In this document: positions 43,314 through 45,323 of the stretch, in pieces
How the letters are laid out: each line of letters opens with the position of its first letter
Numbering within the stretch: position 1 is the stretch's first letter
Virus record (IMG/VR): IMGVR_UViG_3300028840_005170
Span: 1-45,323 of that record
Strand: one strand, 5' to 3'
Length of the DNA: 45,323 nt
DNA from: a virus
Lineage: Duplodnaviria; Caudoviricetes
Position numbers and translations under genes: made by a program
Notes under the pieces: model-generated
Told to the model about the DNA's origin: nothing
Seen by the model: only the letters and a program-made list of their open reading frames with translations
Database searches by the model: none

Positions 43314-45323
43314 ACTTCGCTCGCTCCTTCCATGGTCAAGAGGCTATCGTTATGGAGCTTGTTCTCTAGGTCGAGGGAACGCAGGAGAGCAATGAAGGCG
43401 GGCGTCTTGACGTAGAAGCCACGCTCGCGTTTGGCAGCGTTGCTCCGCACCAGCACCGAGATAAAGGTGCGAGCGGTATCCTGGTCTAGCTCCGTCAAAT
43501 CCATGATGTCGAAAATCCGGAAGCTGTGCATGTCGAGTAATTGCTTGACCACGTCCCGAGCATAGGGCAGGCGTGTGATGGCTTCGGTAATGGCGTCCTT
43601 CTCTCGCAGTTCGGTCTCGCCCTGTAAGAGTCGCGAGTATTCAAGGTAGCCGAAGGATGCCTTCGCGTACTGCTCCTTGAGAAACGCGATGATGTATTCC
43701 ACGTGGCAGCGATGGACCTCCAGCGTTTCATAATCGGTGGTCGAGAAGGTGCGAGCGGCCAGACTCGCTGACAAGCGGGCGAGCTTGAGTCGCTGGTCCG
43801 CGGGCTCGACGAGGGGAATGGTGGCGACAAACATTTTGCCCAGCTCGGTCGCTCCCTCCAGAATAGCCTCAATGGCATCCTCGTCGATACGTATTGCACT
43901 CTCGCCACGGCTCCAAGCCCAGAGTACGAGGTCCCGGCAAAGGTCCGTGGTATATCGGTGTTTCGCTTTTGGCCGCTTTCGGTCAGGCATGTTGAGCACC
44001 GACTTGGGAACTTCACCGGATGCTACGGTGATGGCGAAATCGAATCGACGAATGTCCTCGAGGTTCCCGATGAGTTCTCGCACGGCTTCGATACCGAAAT
44101 TGTAACCGAGCAAGGGGCGGTCCGAGCGAGCATTGGAAATCCAGATGAGACGTGTGCGAGCGTGTGTCCGCATCTTCTCAATTTTGGAAATCTCGGCGAT
44201 GCCTGAGGACCGCATTTCAGTGAGCTTGGCAATCACCTCGGGCGACATGCCCTTCACCTCTTCCAGCACGACAAGCCGCCGGTCATTCAAGGGAATGATT
44301 CCCCATGTCACGAACCAGCGTCGGCTCGTTTCCTGAAGCCCGCCGAGTAAGCCCGCTACGCTGGCTCCCTTCGAGTCGAGCTTCTCCCCGACTTGATAGT
44401 GCCGCATCATATGTTTGATGGCTTCGGACTTGCCCTGCCCGCTATCTCCCAGCACCAGCCCCTCCACCCATCCCTTCTCTAGTCTCCCCTGGAAGGGCAG
44501 GTAGAGCGGCGAATGGTAAACCAAATCGTAGAAGACGTGCAAGGCCCGCCGCTGAAAAATCCTGGTGACATTGGCTTCGAGGTCGGTGTAGATGGAATCC
44601 AATCGGCGAGTCAGAGATTCAAGTGTCCATTCCTTGGGCTGGAAAATCTTGAGCGAGGCGGGCTTGGCTAGGTCGAATGTGTCGAGCGAGTCGATGGCGG
44701 GGTCGGCTTGATAGGCGAGGAGCGTCGCGTACTGTGTTCGTGGCTCCGGGCACACGCGAGCTTCAATGGAATACGAGGTATTCGTCTGCACACCATATCC
44801 CACGTAGAAGGCTCGTCTGACGATGTGCTCGTCTTCGGCTAACGTCATCTGGAGTTGGGGAATCAGGCGAAGCTCCTCGACGTTCTGTGATTCCTGAACA
44901 CGGAATTGGCAGACCTCGCAACTGCGTGGGATTCCTGCCAGCGTTTTGAGCACACGTCGTTGCTCGGTCGCTGTGACATTTACCAGCCGCAGAATGTTCG
45001 GGTCGCGTTCGCCGACCTCGACGACCGCTTTATCAGAATCAAAACACCCACACGCCGAGCAGATGTCGCGGTCTCGCGGACAGAGGACCTCTACTTTTTT
45101 GGGAATGATGAAGGGGGCTGTGTCCTTTGCAGAGACCGCGACCTCGCTCTTGACGAACTTGCCGTGGTATTTGGCTTTCGATGTATCGTGAAGTCGAATC
45201 TCGTAGACCTTCTCGTCGACTTCCTCTTCCTCAGCTTGGCCTAGCTGCCGGAAGGGTGGCGAGGCTGCGAGCAGTTGCTTGAAATCGTCAGCGGTGTGGC
45301 CCATCTGTAAGAAGTATTCGTCC
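43310..45323 (-). CDS. C-terminal MCM-type AAA+ helicase part of the primase-helicase
   Basis: Cys cluster CPRDRDICSACGC..CEVC, QNVEELRLIPQ, LVLGDSGQGKS, GASVAGLLGG, VVLEEV, RTRLIWISN, arginine finger IRRFDF. Confidence 0.88.
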   Translation of the reverse strand, partial: DEYFLQMGHTADDFKQLLAASPPFRQLGQAEEEEVDEKVYEIRLHDTSKAKYHGKFVKSEVAVSAKDTAPFIIPKKVEVLCPRDRDICSACGCFDSDKAVVEVGERDPNILRLVNVTATEQRRVLKTLAGIPRSCEVCQFRVQESQNVEELRLIPQLQMTLAEDEHIVRRAFYVGYGVQTNTSYSIEARVCPEPRTQYATLLAYQADPAIDSLDTFDLAKPASLKIFQPKEWTLESLTRRLDSIYTDLEANVTRIFQRRALHVFYDLVYHSPLYLPFQGRLEKGWVEGLVLGDSGQGKSEAIKHMMRHYQVGEKLDSKGASVAGLLGGLQETSRRWFVTWGIIPLNDRRLVVLEEVKGMSPEVIAKLTEMRSSGIAEISKIEKMRTHARTRLIWISNARSDRPLLGYNFGIEAVRELIGNLEDIRRFDFAITVASGEVPKSVLNMPDRKRPKAKHRYTTDLCRDLVLWAWSRGESAIRIDEDAIEAILEGATELGKMFVATIPLVEPADQRLKLARLSASLAARTFSTTDYETLEVHRCHVEYIIAFLKEQYAKASFGYLEYSRLLQGETELREKDAITEAITRLPYARDVVKQLLDMHSFRIFDIMDLTELDQDTARTFISVLVRSNAAKRERGFYVKTPAFIALLRSLDLENKLHNDSLLTMEGASEV
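45180..45323. repeat. Terminal direct repeat, right copy
   Basis: Identical to 1-144. Confidence 0.97.

Noticed and set aside
183-45244. Numerous long plus-strand ORFs (e.g. 7697-9307, 15431-16855, 21271-22548, 42066-43304)
   Set aside because: Antisense shadows of GC-rich minus-strand genes; no motifs or RBS
1-45323. Lysogeny module, tRNA genes, DGR or introns/inteins
   Set aside because: No integrase, repressor, reverse transcriptase, cloverleaf or intein motifs recognised by eye; divergent examples cannot be excluded without searches

Overview
The window is an apparently complete, circularly assembled ~45,179-bp genome of a GC-rich tailed dsDNA phage with a long tape measure gene; bases 1-144 are repeated exactly at 45180-45323. 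Essentially every credible gene is on the minus strand. Three sigma70-type promoters are visible. (i) P4746 drives a replication/nucleotide block that wraps across the join: SNF2 helicase, putative SSB, a DnaG-type primase fused to an MCM-type helicase, GT-A glycosyltransferase, nucleoside 2-deoxyribosyltransferase, MazG-like pyrophosphatase, divergent ThyX, dNMP-kinase/UDG-like fusion and family A polymerase. (ii) P37554 drives a ~470-nt structured leader ending in a textbook type II hammerhead ribozyme, then small basic early genes separated by repeated, covarying RNA hairpin motifs, then SprT, HD hydrolase, ligase, nuclease, nucleotidyltransferase and GroES. (iii) P28189 drives terminase, head and tail genes, with a methyltransferase, a sulfotransferase, a MuF-ADP-ribosyltransferase and two glycosyltransferase-like genes embedded. 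No integrase, repressor, tRNA, CRISPR array or endolysin was recognised. The strongest candidates for undescribed biology are the ribozyme/RNA-motif-controlled early region and the putative DNA base-hypermodification cluster. All product calls come from motif recognition by eye, not database searches. Many start codons were moved from the ORF track to the RBS-supported codon.
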